A DNA stretch of 33,563 bases from a virus (Duplodnaviria > Heunggongvirae > Uroviricota > Caudoviricetes): the IMG/VR virus record IMGVR_UViG_2690316149_000019. The stretch is one strand, 5' to 3'. The notes beneath the pieces are model-generated. The model was given only the letters and a program-made list of their open reading frames with translations, was not told the DNA's origin and ran no database searches. Of this stretch, positions 16,806 to 25,822 are shown piece by piece; the first letter of the stretch is position 1, and every line of letters starts with the position of its first letter. The position numbers and the translations under genes were made by a program.

Positions 16806-17247
16806 GGCGCTGACTGATGCCGTCACGGTGCTGAAAACTAACCCCGATATGCTGCAGATATTCGTGGATAACGGGAGTATTGCCTCCACGCTGGCGACGT
16901 CGCTGTCGTTCGAAAAGCGTTACACGCTCAATGTGATTGTGACCGACTTTACCGGTGATTTTGACCTGCTCATCGTGCCGGTGCTGGCGTGGCTGCGGGA
17001 AAATCAGCCCGACATCATGACCACCGACGAAGGCCAGAAAAAGGGCTTCACGTTTTATGCAGACATCAACAATGACAGCAGCTTTGATATCAGCATCAGC
17101 CTGATGCTGACCGAGCGCACGCTGGTCAGTGAGGTGGGCGGCGCACTGCATGTGAAGAATATCCCGGAACCTCCGCCGCCGGAGCCGGTCACCCGCCCGA
17201 TGGAGCTGTATATCAATGGCGAACTGGTGAGCAAGTGGGATGAATGA
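16780..17247 (+). CDS. R: Tail completion protein R
   Basis: 155 aa, P2 gpR length and position. Confidence 0.85.
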   Translation: MLKPDSLRRALTDAVTVLKTNPDMLQIFVDNGSIASTLATSLSFEKRYTLNVIVTDFTGDFDLLIVPVLAWLRENQPDIMTTDEGQKKGFTFYADINNDSSFDISISLMLTERTLVSEVGGALHVKNIPEPPPPEPVTRPMELYINGELVSKWDE

Positions 17248-17692
17248 GTTTAAGCGTTTTGAAGACCGGCTGACCGGACTGATTGAGTCGCTGTCACCGT
17301 CAGGGCGTCGGCGACTGAGTGCCGAACTGGCGAAACGTCTGCGGCAGAGTCAGCAGCGTCGGGTGATGGCGCAGAAAGCCCCGGACGGCACACCCTACGC
17401 GCCACGTCAGCAGCAGAGCGTCAGAAAAAAGACCGGTCGTGTTAAGCGAAAAATGTTTGCGAAACTTATCACCAGTCGTTTTTTGCATATCCGCGCCAGC
17501 CCGGAGCAGGCATCAATGGAATTTTACGGCGGGAAGTCGCCGAAAATCGCCAGTGTGCATCAGTTCGGTCTGTCGGAAGAAACCCGGAAAGACGGTAAGA
17601 AAATTGATTATCCGGCGCGTCCTCTGCTCGGCTTTACCGGTGAGGATGTGCAGATGATTGAGGAGATTATCCTGGCTCACCTTGAGCGTTAG
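17240..17692 (+). CDS. S: Tail completion protein S
   Basis: 150 aa, P2 gpS length and position. Confidence 0.85.
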   Translation: MNEFKRFEDRLTGLIESLSPSGRRRLSAELAKRLRQSQQRRVMAQKAPDGTPYAPRQQQSVRKKTGRVKRKMFAKLITSRFLHIRASPEQASMEFYGGKSPKIASVHQFGLSEETRKDGKKIDYPARPLLGFTGEDVQMIEEIILAHLER

Positions 17693-17722
17693 TTTTATCC
17701 AGGCAGAGGCTGATGCGCAATT

Positions 17723-17757
17723 AAACATTGAGCGGCCATGCTGGTCGCTCAATGTTT
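17723..17757. terminator. Bidirectional stem-loop between convergent S and the moron gene
   Basis: aaacattgagcg (loop gccatgctggt) cgctcaatgttt: a 12-bp perfect stem. Confidence 0.55.
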
Positions 17758-17763
17758 AGAGGT

Positions 17764-18549
17764 TTATGAGTGATTTTTATTTGATGCTTTGTATTCTAAA
17801 ACCTTCTTATTGGCGTAAAAGAATTTTGTATATGACAGGAATATAACCAGACCTGAAGTGAAATAGACGAGGGATAGTATTAATAATGCTTTTTTGTGAC
17901 TGTTATTATCTTTAATCTCCTGGCTTAACCATTCGGAGTCCTCCTCGTTTAGCTGTAAGAGCTTATTGCAGGCGATTTCAGGAAGTGTGTCTTTTATAAA
18001 TACGTTTTGCAGTCTCTTGCAATCGGCAAGGCTATAAGTTTTATTAAATTCAACTGCTTTATTTTTGAAGGATAAAAGAACTTTGTCACTATAAACATAG
18101 TACATCATATTTTTATATGGTATGCCTATGGCATCTCTTACTATAGCGGATTGTTTGTTGTGTATATAACATGCGAAGAGAATATAAATAATACTGGCCA
18201 GAATTACAATTATTGTTTTAATTATGTGTGGTGGTTTTGTTATGTCACCCCAGATGCGAGTAAGGAAAAAATACGATGTTTTTAGTTTTCCATCAATCAG
18301 TCCCTGCTGTATCATTCTCACATTTTCAATGCCTGATACATTGATTCCGTTAATTATTTTAAATAGTTGAATGTCGCGCCACTCGCGGTCAAGTCTTTTT
18401 AATTTTTTGTCTGAATATCCAAAATTGAAATAATGTGCAATAAGCCTCATAAGGTTACTTTTACCAAAGCTAAAAAATGCTAATACTGCAAAGCTACAAA
18501 GGAAAAAAACGATTAGCCCCCACACATTAGTCACATTATAGCTGACCAT
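17764..18549 (-). CDS. AT-rich moron: membrane protein of unknown function (P2 orf30 position)
   Basis: 261 aa with three hydrophobic helices (N-terminal, central, C-terminal), Lys/Asn/Ile/Tyr-rich. Much lower GC than the flanking tail genes and transcribed against the late operon. Confidence 0.7.
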   Translation of the reverse strand: MVSYNVTNVWGLIVFFLCSFAVLAFFSFGKSNLMRLIAHYFNFGYSDKKLKRLDREWRDIQLFKIINGINVSGIENVRMIQQGLIDGKLKTSYFFLTRIWGDITKPPHIIKTIIVILASIIYILFACYIHNKQSAIVRDAIGIPYKNMMYYVYSDKVLLSFKNKAVEFNKTYSLADCKRLQNVFIKDTLPEIACNKLLQLNEEDSEWLSQEIKDNNSHKKALLILSLVYFTSGLVIFLSYTKFFYANKKVLEYKASNKNHS

Positions 18550-18632
18550 TACGCTCTCCTTGAATGTTGTCTGGTAGTTCTACAAATGAATCCAGATAGC
18601 ATAACTTTTATATATTGTGCAATCTCACATGC

Positions 18633-19268
18633 ATGAACACTCTCGCAAATATTCAGGAACTCGCGCGCGCACTGCGCAACATGATTCGCACCGGCATTAT
18701 CGTCGAAACCGACCTTAACGCCGGTCGCTGCCGCGTGCAGACCGGCGGCATGTGCACCGACTGGCTTCAGTGGCTGACCCATCGTGCCGGGCGTTCGCGC
18801 ACATGGTGGGCACCTTCCGTGGGGGAACAGGTGCTGATTCTGGCCGTGGGCGGTGAACTCGACACGGCGTTCGTTCTGCCGGGGATTTATTCCGGCGATA
18901 ACCCTGCGCCGTCTGCGTCGGCTGATGCCCTGCATATCCGTTTCCCTGACGGGGCGGTGATTGAGTATGAACCCGAAACCAGTGCACTCACGGTAAGCGG
19001 AATTAAAACGGCCAGCGTGACGGCTTCTGATTCTGTTACTGCCACGGTACCGGTGGTCACGGTGAAAGCGTCAACCCGTGTCACCCTGGACACACCAGAA
19101 GTGGTCTGCACTAACAAACTGACTACCGGCACGCTGGAAGTGCAGAAGGGCGGGACGATGCGCGGCAACATTGAACACACCGGCGGTGAACTCTCATCAA
19201 ACGGTAAGGTACTGCATACCCATAAACACCCCGGCGACAGCGGCGGCACAACCGGGAGTCCTTTATGA
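18633..19268 (+). CDS. V: Baseplate spike protein
   Basis: 211 aa from MNTLANIQELARALRNMIRTG, matching P2 gpV. Confidence 0.88.
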   Translation: MNTLANIQELARALRNMIRTGIIVETDLNAGRCRVQTGGMCTDWLQWLTHRAGRSRTWWAPSVGEQVLILAVGGELDTAFVLPGIYSGDNPAPSASADALHIRFPDGAVIEYEPETSALTVSGIKTASVTASDSVTATVPVVTVKASTRVTLDTPEVVCTNKLTTGTLEVQKGGTMRGNIEHTGGELSSNGKVLHTHKHPGDSGGTTGSPL

Positions 19269-19612
19269 CAGCGCGTTATCTCGGAATGAATCGCAGTGAT
19301 GGCCTGACTGTCACTGACCTTGAGCATATCAGCCAGAGTATCGGCGATATCCTGCGCACACCGGTCGGCTCACGGGTGATGCGTCGTGATTACGGCTCGT
19401 TGCTGGCATCAATGATTGACCAGCCGCAGACCCCGGCGCTTGAGTTGCAGATTAAGGTCGCCTGTTACATGGCGGTGCTGAAATGGGAACCCCGCGTCAC
19501 CCTGTCATCCGTCACCACTGAGCGCAGTTTTGACGGGCGAATGACGGTCACGTTAACCGGCCAGCACAACGACACCGGCCAGCCACTTTCATTAACCATC
19601 CCTGTGAGTTGA
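19265..19612 (+). CDS. W: Baseplate wedge protein W
   Basis: 115 aa, P2 gpW length and position. Confidence 0.88.
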   Translation: MTARYLGMNRSDGLTVTDLEHISQSIGDILRTPVGSRVMRRDYGSLLASMIDQPQTPALELQIKVACYMAVLKWEPRVTLSSVTTERSFDGRMTVTLTGQHNDTGQPLSLTIPVS

Positions 19613-19616
19613 AACC

Positions 19617-20525
19617 ATGCCGATTATCGACCTGAACCAGCTACCCGCACCGGATGTGGTCGAGGAGCTGGACTTTGAAAGCATTCTCGCTGAACGCAAG
19701 GCGACACTGATTTCCCTTTACCCGGAAGATCAGCAGGAGGCGGTCGCCGGTACCCTGACACTGGAATCCGAGCCTCTCGTCAAACTGCTGGAGGAAAATG
19801 CTTATCGTGAGCTTATCTGGCGTCAGCGTGTGAATGAGGCCGCACGGGCGGTGATGCTGGCCTGTGCCGCCGGTAATGACCTTGATGTGATTGGTGCCAA
19901 TTACAACACCACGCGCCTGATTATCACTCCGGCAGATGATTCGACTATCCCGCCGACACCGGCAGTGATGGAATCTGACACCGATTATCGTCTGCGTATT
20001 CAGCAGGCGTTTGAGGGCTTAAGCGTCGCCGGGTCGGTGGGGGCCTATCAGTATCATGGTCGCAGTGCCGACGGGCGTGTCGCGGATATCTCTGTCACCA
20101 GTCCGTCTCCGGCCTGCGTCACCATCTCCGTACTGTCACGTGAAAATAACGGTGTCGCATCCGAAGACCTGCTGGCTGTGGTGCGTAACGCTCTTAATGG
20201 CGAGGACGTCAGGCCGGTGGCCGACCGCGTGACCGTGCAGTCTGCCGCCATCGTTGAATACCAGATAAACGCCACGCTTTACCTTTACCCTGGTCCCGAA
20301 AGCGAACCCATCCGCGCTGCCGCCGTGAAAAAACTGGAAGCGTACATCACGGCACAGCACCGGCTGGGGCGCGACATCCGTCTGTCTGCCATTTATGCCG
20401 CCTTGCATGTGGAAGGCGTGCAGCGTGTCGAACTGGCTGCACCACTGGCCGACATCGTGCTCAACAGTACGCAGGCGTCTTTCTGCACCGAATACCACGT
20501 CGTGACCGGAGGCTCGGATGAGTGA
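19617..20525 (+). CDS. J: Baseplate protein J
   Basis: 302 aa, P2 gpJ length and position. Confidence 0.88.
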   Translation: MPIIDLNQLPAPDVVEELDFESILAERKATLISLYPEDQQEAVAGTLTLESEPLVKLLEENAYRELIWRQRVNEAARAVMLACAAGNDLDVIGANYNTTRLIITPADDSTIPPTPAVMESDTDYRLRIQQAFEGLSVAGSVGAYQYHGRSADGRVADISVTSPSPACVTISVLSRENNGVASEDLLAVVRNALNGEDVRPVADRVTVQSAAIVEYQINATLYLYPGPESEPIRAAAVKKLEAYITAQHRLGRDIRLSAIYAALHVEGVQRVELAAPLADIVLNSTQASFCTEYHVVTGGSDE

Positions 20526-21048
20526 TTCGCGACTGCTGCCGACCGGCTCATCACCGCTTGAAGTTGCCGCCGCAAAAGCCTGTGCGGAAATTGAAAAAAC
20601 GCCGGTCAGTATTCGTGAGCTCTGGAACCCGGACACCTGTCCGGCAAATCTGCTGCCGTGGCTGGCGTGGGCGTTTTCGGTTGACAGGTGGGATGAAAAG
20701 TGGCCGGAAGCGACAAAACGCGCCGTTATTCGCGATGCCTATTTCATCCACTGTCATAAGGGCACGATAGGTGCAATCCGGCGTGTGGTGGAGCCGCTGG
20801 GCTATCTCATCAACGTGACGGAGTGGTGGGAAAACAGTGACCCGCCCGGCACCTTCCGGCTTGATATTGGTGTACTGGAAAGTGGCATCACAGAGGCAAT
20901 GTATCAGGAAATGGAACGGCTGATTGCTGATGCCAAACCTGCAAGCCGTCACCTTATTGGCCTGAACATTTCCCGGGACATTCCCGGCTACCTGTTCGCC
21001 GGTGGTGTGGCTTACGACGGCGATGTAATTACGGTTTACCCCGGATAA
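20518..21048 (+). CDS. I: Baseplate / tail fibre attachment protein I
   Basis: 176 aa, P2 gpI length and position. Confidence 0.85.
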   Translation: MSDSRLLPTGSSPLEVAAAKACAEIEKTPVSIRELWNPDTCPANLLPWLAWAFSVDRWDEKWPEATKRAVIRDAYFIHCHKGTIGAIRRVVEPLGYLINVTEWWENSDPPGTFRLDIGVLESGITEAMYQEMERLIADAKPASRHLIGLNISRDIPGYLFAGGVAYDGDVITVYPG

Positions 21049-21058
21049 GTGAGGAATA

Positions 21059-23308
21059 ATGAGCACAAAATTCAAAACCGTTATCACCACTGCTGGTGCA
21101 GCAAAGCTGGCAGCGGCAACCGCGCCGGGAGGGCGGAAGGTCAACATTACCACGATGGCCGTCGGGGATGGCGGTGGTAAATTGCCTGTCCCGGATGCCG
21201 GACAGACCGGGCTTATCCACGAAGTCTGGCGACATGCGCTGAACAAAATCAGCCAGGACAAACGAAACAGTAATTATATTATCGCAGAGCTGGTTATTCC
21301 GCCGGAGGTGGGCGGTTTCTGGATGCGTGAGCTTGGCCTGTACGATGATGCTGGAACGTTAATTGCCGTGGCGAACATGGCTGAAAGTTATAAGCCAGCT
21401 CTTGCCGAAGGCTCAGGGCGTTCGCAGACCTGCCGCATGGTCATCATCGTCAGCAGTGTGGCCTCAGTGGCGCTGACCATTGACACCACAACGGTGATGG
21501 CAACGCAGGATTACGTTGATGACAAAATTGCAGAACATGAACAGTCACGACGTCACCCGGACGCCTCGCTGACCGCCAAAGGTTTTACTCAGTTAAGCAG
21601 TGCGACCAACAGCACGTCTGAAACACTCGCCGCAACACCAAAAGCGGTAAAAGCAGCATATGACCTTGCTAACGGGAAATACACTGCACAGGACGCCACC
21701 ACAGCGCGAAAAGGCCTTGTCCAGCTCAGTAGTGCCACCAACAGCACGTCTGAAACGCTCGCCGCAACACCAAAAGCGGTAAAAGCAGCATATGACCTTG
21801 CTAACGGGAAATACACTGCACAGGACGCCACCACCGCGCGAAAAGGCCTTGTCCAGCTCAGTAGCGCCACCAACAGCGATTCTGAAACGCTTGCGGCAAC
21901 GCCAAAGGCGGTTAAGACAGCGTATGACCTTGCTAACGGGAAATACACTGCACAGGATGCCACCACAGCGCGAAAAGGTCTTGTCCAGCTCAGTAGCGCC
22001 ACCAACAGTGATTCTGAAACGCTGGCTGCAACACCAAAAGCGGTGAAGTCTGCCTATGACAATGCTGAAAAACGTCTTCAGAAAGATCAGAACGGTGCGG
22101 ATATTCCTGATAAAGGACGCTTCCTGAGTAACATTAATGTTTACAGCAAAGGTGAAGTGGATAAGAAAAAGGGAATGCGAAAGTATTCGTTTGCAGCCCC
22201 TGCAAATGTCGTTGCCGGGAAGTGGTATCCCGTTATCTTTCGCCGTGCTGCCAGCCTTTCAGGAGAAATGGCATCCCGCGTCGTTATTTCAACTGGTTGT
22301 TATAACGGCGATTATGTAATGAATAACTGCGAGTTTAATGGCATGGTTATGCCCGGAGGCTGGACCGATCGTGGTTCATATGCGGCAGGTTATTTCTGGA
22401 CGTATCAGACTAATGAGCGTTCAATCCATTCCATTGTTACAAGCCTGAAAGATGATGATGTATGTAGTGTTTTTTATGTTGAAGCCAGAGCTTTCCCTGT
22501 GCAAATTCTTGCAGAGGAAGGGCTAACGGTTATTGTTCCGACAGAGGATTATGTCGTCGGTCAAACGACATATAAGTGGGGGGCAACTAATCCCGCTACA
22601 GAAAGCACGAACGCACAGGCTATTCTGGATTTTAAAAATGGACGTGGTTATTACTGTTCACATCCATTTATTTCCAGCCTTTCAGGAAATGCTGCAACAG
22701 CAACGAAGTTAGCGAACGCAAGAAATATTAATGGTGTCAGATTTGATGGCTCTGCCGATATAAATATTAATACACTGGTATCCAGAAACCGTGTTAATGC
22801 ATTAGGTGGGAGCGTAAAGGGGACACCAGGTATTCAGATGTATGAGGCATACAACAATGGCTACCCAACAGCCTATGGTAATGTGCTTCATCTCACTGGC
22901 GTAACCGCAGTAGGAGAGGGTGAGTTACTTATTGGCTGGAGTGGAACCAGCGGTGCTCATGCTCCGGCATATATTCGTTCCCGACGAGATACCACAGATG
23001 CTAACTGGTCTGGATGGGCGCAACTATATACAACTGCTCATAAACCCTCAGCGGGAGATGTTGGTGCATACACCAAAACTGAGTCAGATTCACGTTATGT
23101 GAGAGACATGCGGCTGGGCGGTGCATCTACATATAAACCAGCAAATAATGGTACTACATGGACGCATCAGGCTCCGTCAGGTTGCGTATATACCGGCATT
23201 ATTGTTCAGGATACCGGCTCAAACTCTGCCGATAACATTGGTGGCGTATATTACAGACCGGTGCAGAAATACATTAACGGGACATGGTATAACGTGGCGC
23301 AGGTATAA
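21059..23308 (+). CDS. H: Tail fibre protein H with internal tandem repeats
   Basis: 749 aa with a conserved P2-like N-terminus (MSTKFKTVITTAGAAKLAAATAPGG), then four tandem 44-aa repeats, then a C-terminal domain of about 400 aa. Confidence 0.88.
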   Translation: MSTKFKTVITTAGAAKLAAATAPGGRKVNITTMAVGDGGGKLPVPDAGQTGLIHEVWRHALNKISQDKRNSNYIIAELVIPPEVGGFWMRELGLYDDAGTLIAVANMAESYKPALAEGSGRSQTCRMVIIVSSVASVALTIDTTTVMATQDYVDDKIAEHEQSRRHPDASLTAKGFTQLSSATNSTSETLAATPKAVKAAYDLANGKYTAQDATTARKGLVQLSSATNSTSETLAATPKAVKAAYDLANGKYTAQDATTARKGLVQLSSATNSDSETLAATPKAVKTAYDLANGKYTAQDATTARKGLVQLSSATNSDSETLAATPKAVKSAYDNAEKRLQKDQNGADIPDKGRFLSNINVYSKGEVDKKKGMRKYSFAAPANVVAGKWYPVIFRRAASLSGEMASRVVISTGCYNGDYVMNNCEFNGMVMPGGWTDRGSYAAGYFWTYQTNERSIHSIVTSLKDDDVCSVFYVEARAFPVQILAEEGLTVIVPTEDYVVGQTTYKWGATNPATESTNAQAILDFKNGRGYYCSHPFISSLSGNAATATKLANARNINGVRFDGSADININTLVSRNRVNALGGSVKGTPGIQMYEAYNNGYPTAYGNVLHLTGVTAVGEGELLIGWSGTSGAHAPAYIRSRRDTTDANWSGWAQLYTTAHKPSAGDVGAYTKTESDSRYVRDMRLGGASTYKPANNGTTWTHQAPSGCVYTGIIVQDTGSNSADNIGGVYYRPVQKYINGTWYNVAQV
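21578..22059 (+). repeat. Four tandem in-frame copies of a 132-bp unit inside H
   Basis: The marker accaacagc recurs at 21605, 21737, 21869 and 22001, an exact 132-bp period. Copies differ at a few synonymous and missense positions (NSTSE vs NSDSE). Confidence 0.9.
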
Positions 23309-23311
23309 TTT

Positions 23312-23839
23312 ATGCAGCATTTAAAAAATATTACGGCGGGTAATCCAAAAACGGTTGAACAATATCAATTGACAAAGGACTTTGATGTTGTCTGGTTTTT
23401 TTCAGAAGATGGTAAGAACTGGTACGAAGAACAAAAGTATTTTGCTGATGACACGATAAAAATAGCGTACGACAAAGATAATATCATCCACTATGTGGAA
23501 AAGGATGTGACAGCTATCAGACCGGATGGATTAAGTGTTGTTGAAGTGGCGGATATTACTGCTAACCGACGGGCGGACATTTCAGGGAACTGGATGTTTA
23601 AGGACGGCAAAGTGATTAAACGCATTTATACGGCAGAGGAATTACAGCAGCAGGCAGAAATTCGGAAAGCCAGACTTCTTGCAGATGCTGAATCCGTGAT
23701 TTTGCCGCTGGAGCGCGCGGTCAGACTGAACATGGCAACAGATGAGGAGCGTAGCCGACTGGAATCATGGGAACGCTACAGCGTTCTGATCAGTCGTGTG
23801 GATCCTGCAAATCCTGAATGGCCGGAAATGCCGCAATAA
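23312..23839 (+). CDS. G: Tail fibre assembly chaperone
   Basis: 175 aa immediately downstream of H. Confidence 0.85.
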   Translation: MQHLKNITAGNPKTVEQYQLTKDFDVVWFFSEDGKNWYEEQKYFADDTIKIAYDKDNIIHYVEKDVTAIRPDGLSVVEVADITANRRADISGNWMFKDGKVIKRIYTAEELQQQAEIRKARLLADAESVILPLERAVRLNMATDEERSRLESWERYSVLISRVDPANPEWPEMPQ

Positions 23840-24178
23840 GTTGTATGAACTCTTGTGTGAGCTTACATACCTATAGAACAGAGTAAAGCCTAATCTGACA
23901 GTCCGCTCTGTGCCAGGAGCGGACATAACGACACGTTAGTTAGAAATCTCAAGACCAATTAGGTTGGATACTTACATGTATACTATTGCCTAACGATACT
24001 ACCCTATCAACCTCATGGTTTATAGGCGGGGGTGAGAGCCAATCGAACGCTATCGTACGTTTTTATGCTGTCTACCCTAGACCCCAAGTAGACATGAATC
24101 TTACCTGATTTCCATACGAGGGCGACGTTGATCATCCAGCTTTAGTGCGAGCACTGAACTTAACATTTACCAGCAATA

Positions 24179-25225
24179 GTGATATTTTCTACAAAGAAAA
24201 ATATATGGAATAACGTCATCGCGGGTACAAAAATGACTATAAAAAAAACATATGTAACACCAACAGAAATAGTGAAATATTTTTATGACAAACCGGAAAA
24301 CGATAACGTAAAAGAGAGAAAAACAATTGAGAGCCTGACCCGTCTCAAACCTGAGTGGGAAAATACTCTCGATATGATGAAGTTAATACGCAATTGTGAA
24401 AAGCTAGCAACTGAAGGTATTTTAATGGAATTATCTTCAGGACATACTCTTTTGGACCGTTGCTATTTCGCACCGAATTTCAATGAATCAGATGCGAAAT
24501 ATGGAAAGTATGATTTTATAGCTGATGGATTTGAGTCAATCATAGACCGCCTTAGTCCTTCCGTTTTACCTGTTGTTGTTGAAAAAAGTGATGGTTCACA
24601 TGATCTTGGTACTAGTTTTATTGTTGGGAATAACCACACGATATTTACAGCCAGACATGTTATTGAAGACATGAAGAGTATCAGGATACTTAGAGCTGGT
24701 GGTGAGGCTTTACCAATACATAAAATCTTTGTATCTAACGATGAACGTATTGATATCGCTTTAGTTTTCACAACCATTCCGAATGAAGATAATATTCAAC
24801 CACTTAAGGTCTCAACCAAAGCCTCGGTACTGGATGAAATTTTATCAATAGGATTTCCACCCATTCCAGGATTTGATGCATTAAAGTTATATGACGTTTC
24901 GCATATAAATTCGTTTGTCCGACTGTCAAAGGGGCGAATTGTTGGTTCTGGTCACTCTTACTTAGATTCACAAGACTTTTTATTATTCAATGCTAGGGTT
25001 AAGGGGGGGAATAGCGGTGGCCCTATAATTAACAAATACGGCTTTGTTGTTGGTATGCTTGTACAAATACCAATATCATCTGAGGACAGTTCAAAGATTG
25101 ATAACCTTGGATATGGTATAGCTGTAACAGGAAAAAGCCTGCTGGATGCCATTACATTTACAGAAAATGGCCGCGAATTAACACTCACCGACCGAGGAAA
25201 TGGAGAATATTCAACTCTAGCATAA
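24179..25225 (+). CDS. AT-rich moron: trypsin-like (S1/chymotrypsin-fold) serine protease with an unknown N-terminal domain of about 140 aa
   Basis: Catalytic triad context in order: TARHVIED (His), ERIDIALVF (Asp), GGNSGGPII (GxSGG Ser). The annotated start is a GTG; an in-frame ATG at 24233 is an alternative. Occupies the P2 Z/fun position between G and FI. Confidence 0.75.
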   Translation: MIFSTKKNIWNNVIAGTKMTIKKTYVTPTEIVKYFYDKPENDNVKERKTIESLTRLKPEWENTLDMMKLIRNCEKLATEGILMELSSGHTLLDRCYFAPNFNESDAKYGKYDFIADGFESIIDRLSPSVLPVVVEKSDGSHDLGTSFIVGNNHTIFTARHVIEDMKSIRILRAGGEALPIHKIFVSNDERIDIALVFTTIPNEDNIQPLKVSTKASVLDEILSIGFPPIPGFDALKLYDVSHINSFVRLSKGRIVGSGHSYLDSQDFLLFNARVKGGNSGGPIINKYGFVVGMLVQIPISSEDSSKIDNLGYGIAVTGKSLLDAITFTENGRELTLTDRGNGEYSTLA

Positions 25226-25700
25226 ATGATATTATTAATTAAGTTGTACTAACTCAGTTTAAATGAATCAAGCATCCCCGTAACTTTGCCTGAAAAGGCT
25301 CATCGAGGGATGCACATTGTACGGATGTGTGAAAACTAAATCGGCTTTGTCACTTGGATTCGAGGGGAAAACTGAACTGAAAGCGATAAAAACGTCTAAA
25401 AAATCGTTTCGCAGACAGATGCACCCGATTCAAGCCATTTTGAGGAAGGCTTTCTGCCTTTTATATTTATATTAATCATAAGCTTATTCCATTGGTGTAC
25501 GATATCGTGCTTTGCCCCTCATCTCCCAGATAACTAATTAGCCTTAAAATTACTCATGTGTTTCTGCCGGTTAAAATTATATGGTTTTCATTTACAATAG
25601 TCTCAAGTCCGCTCTTCGCTCAAAGCAGACTGTCAGATTTGATAGCATTTGGGCTATGTAAATTGTCAGGCGGAAAATGAGTGAGTACAAATCAGGACAG

Positions 25701-25725
25701 GCGGGCGAATTGCCCGCATTTTCTT
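25701..25725 (+). terminator. Rho-independent terminator upstream of the FI late promoter
   Basis: gcgggcgaattgcccgc palindromic hairpin followed by a T-rich run (attttcttt). Confidence 0.55.
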
Positions 25726-25822
25726 TATCTGTTGTTTCATCCCCTGACCAGCCAGGTCAAATAGCGTCTCATGCTCTGCACAACAGAAAATAGTTGCACC
25801 CATTAACCACGGAGTTAAACGG

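Noticed and set aside
21589-22005. 138-aa minus-strand ORF and an 84-aa plus-strand ORF (21792-22046) inside H
   Set aside because: Both lie entirely within the 132-bp tandem repeats of H and are themselves internally repetitive; they are artefacts of the repeat periodicity, not genes.
21578-22059. Possible CRISPR array (regular tandem repeats)
   Set aside because: The repeats are contiguous with no unique spacers, are in frame within the tail fibre ORF, and there are no cas genes.
23840-25822. Retron or reverse-transcriptase-based system, suggested by the structured non-coding DNA next to a defence-like gene
   Set aside because: There is no reverse-transcriptase ORF (no YxDD motif protein) anywhere in the insert; the only ORF is the serine protease.
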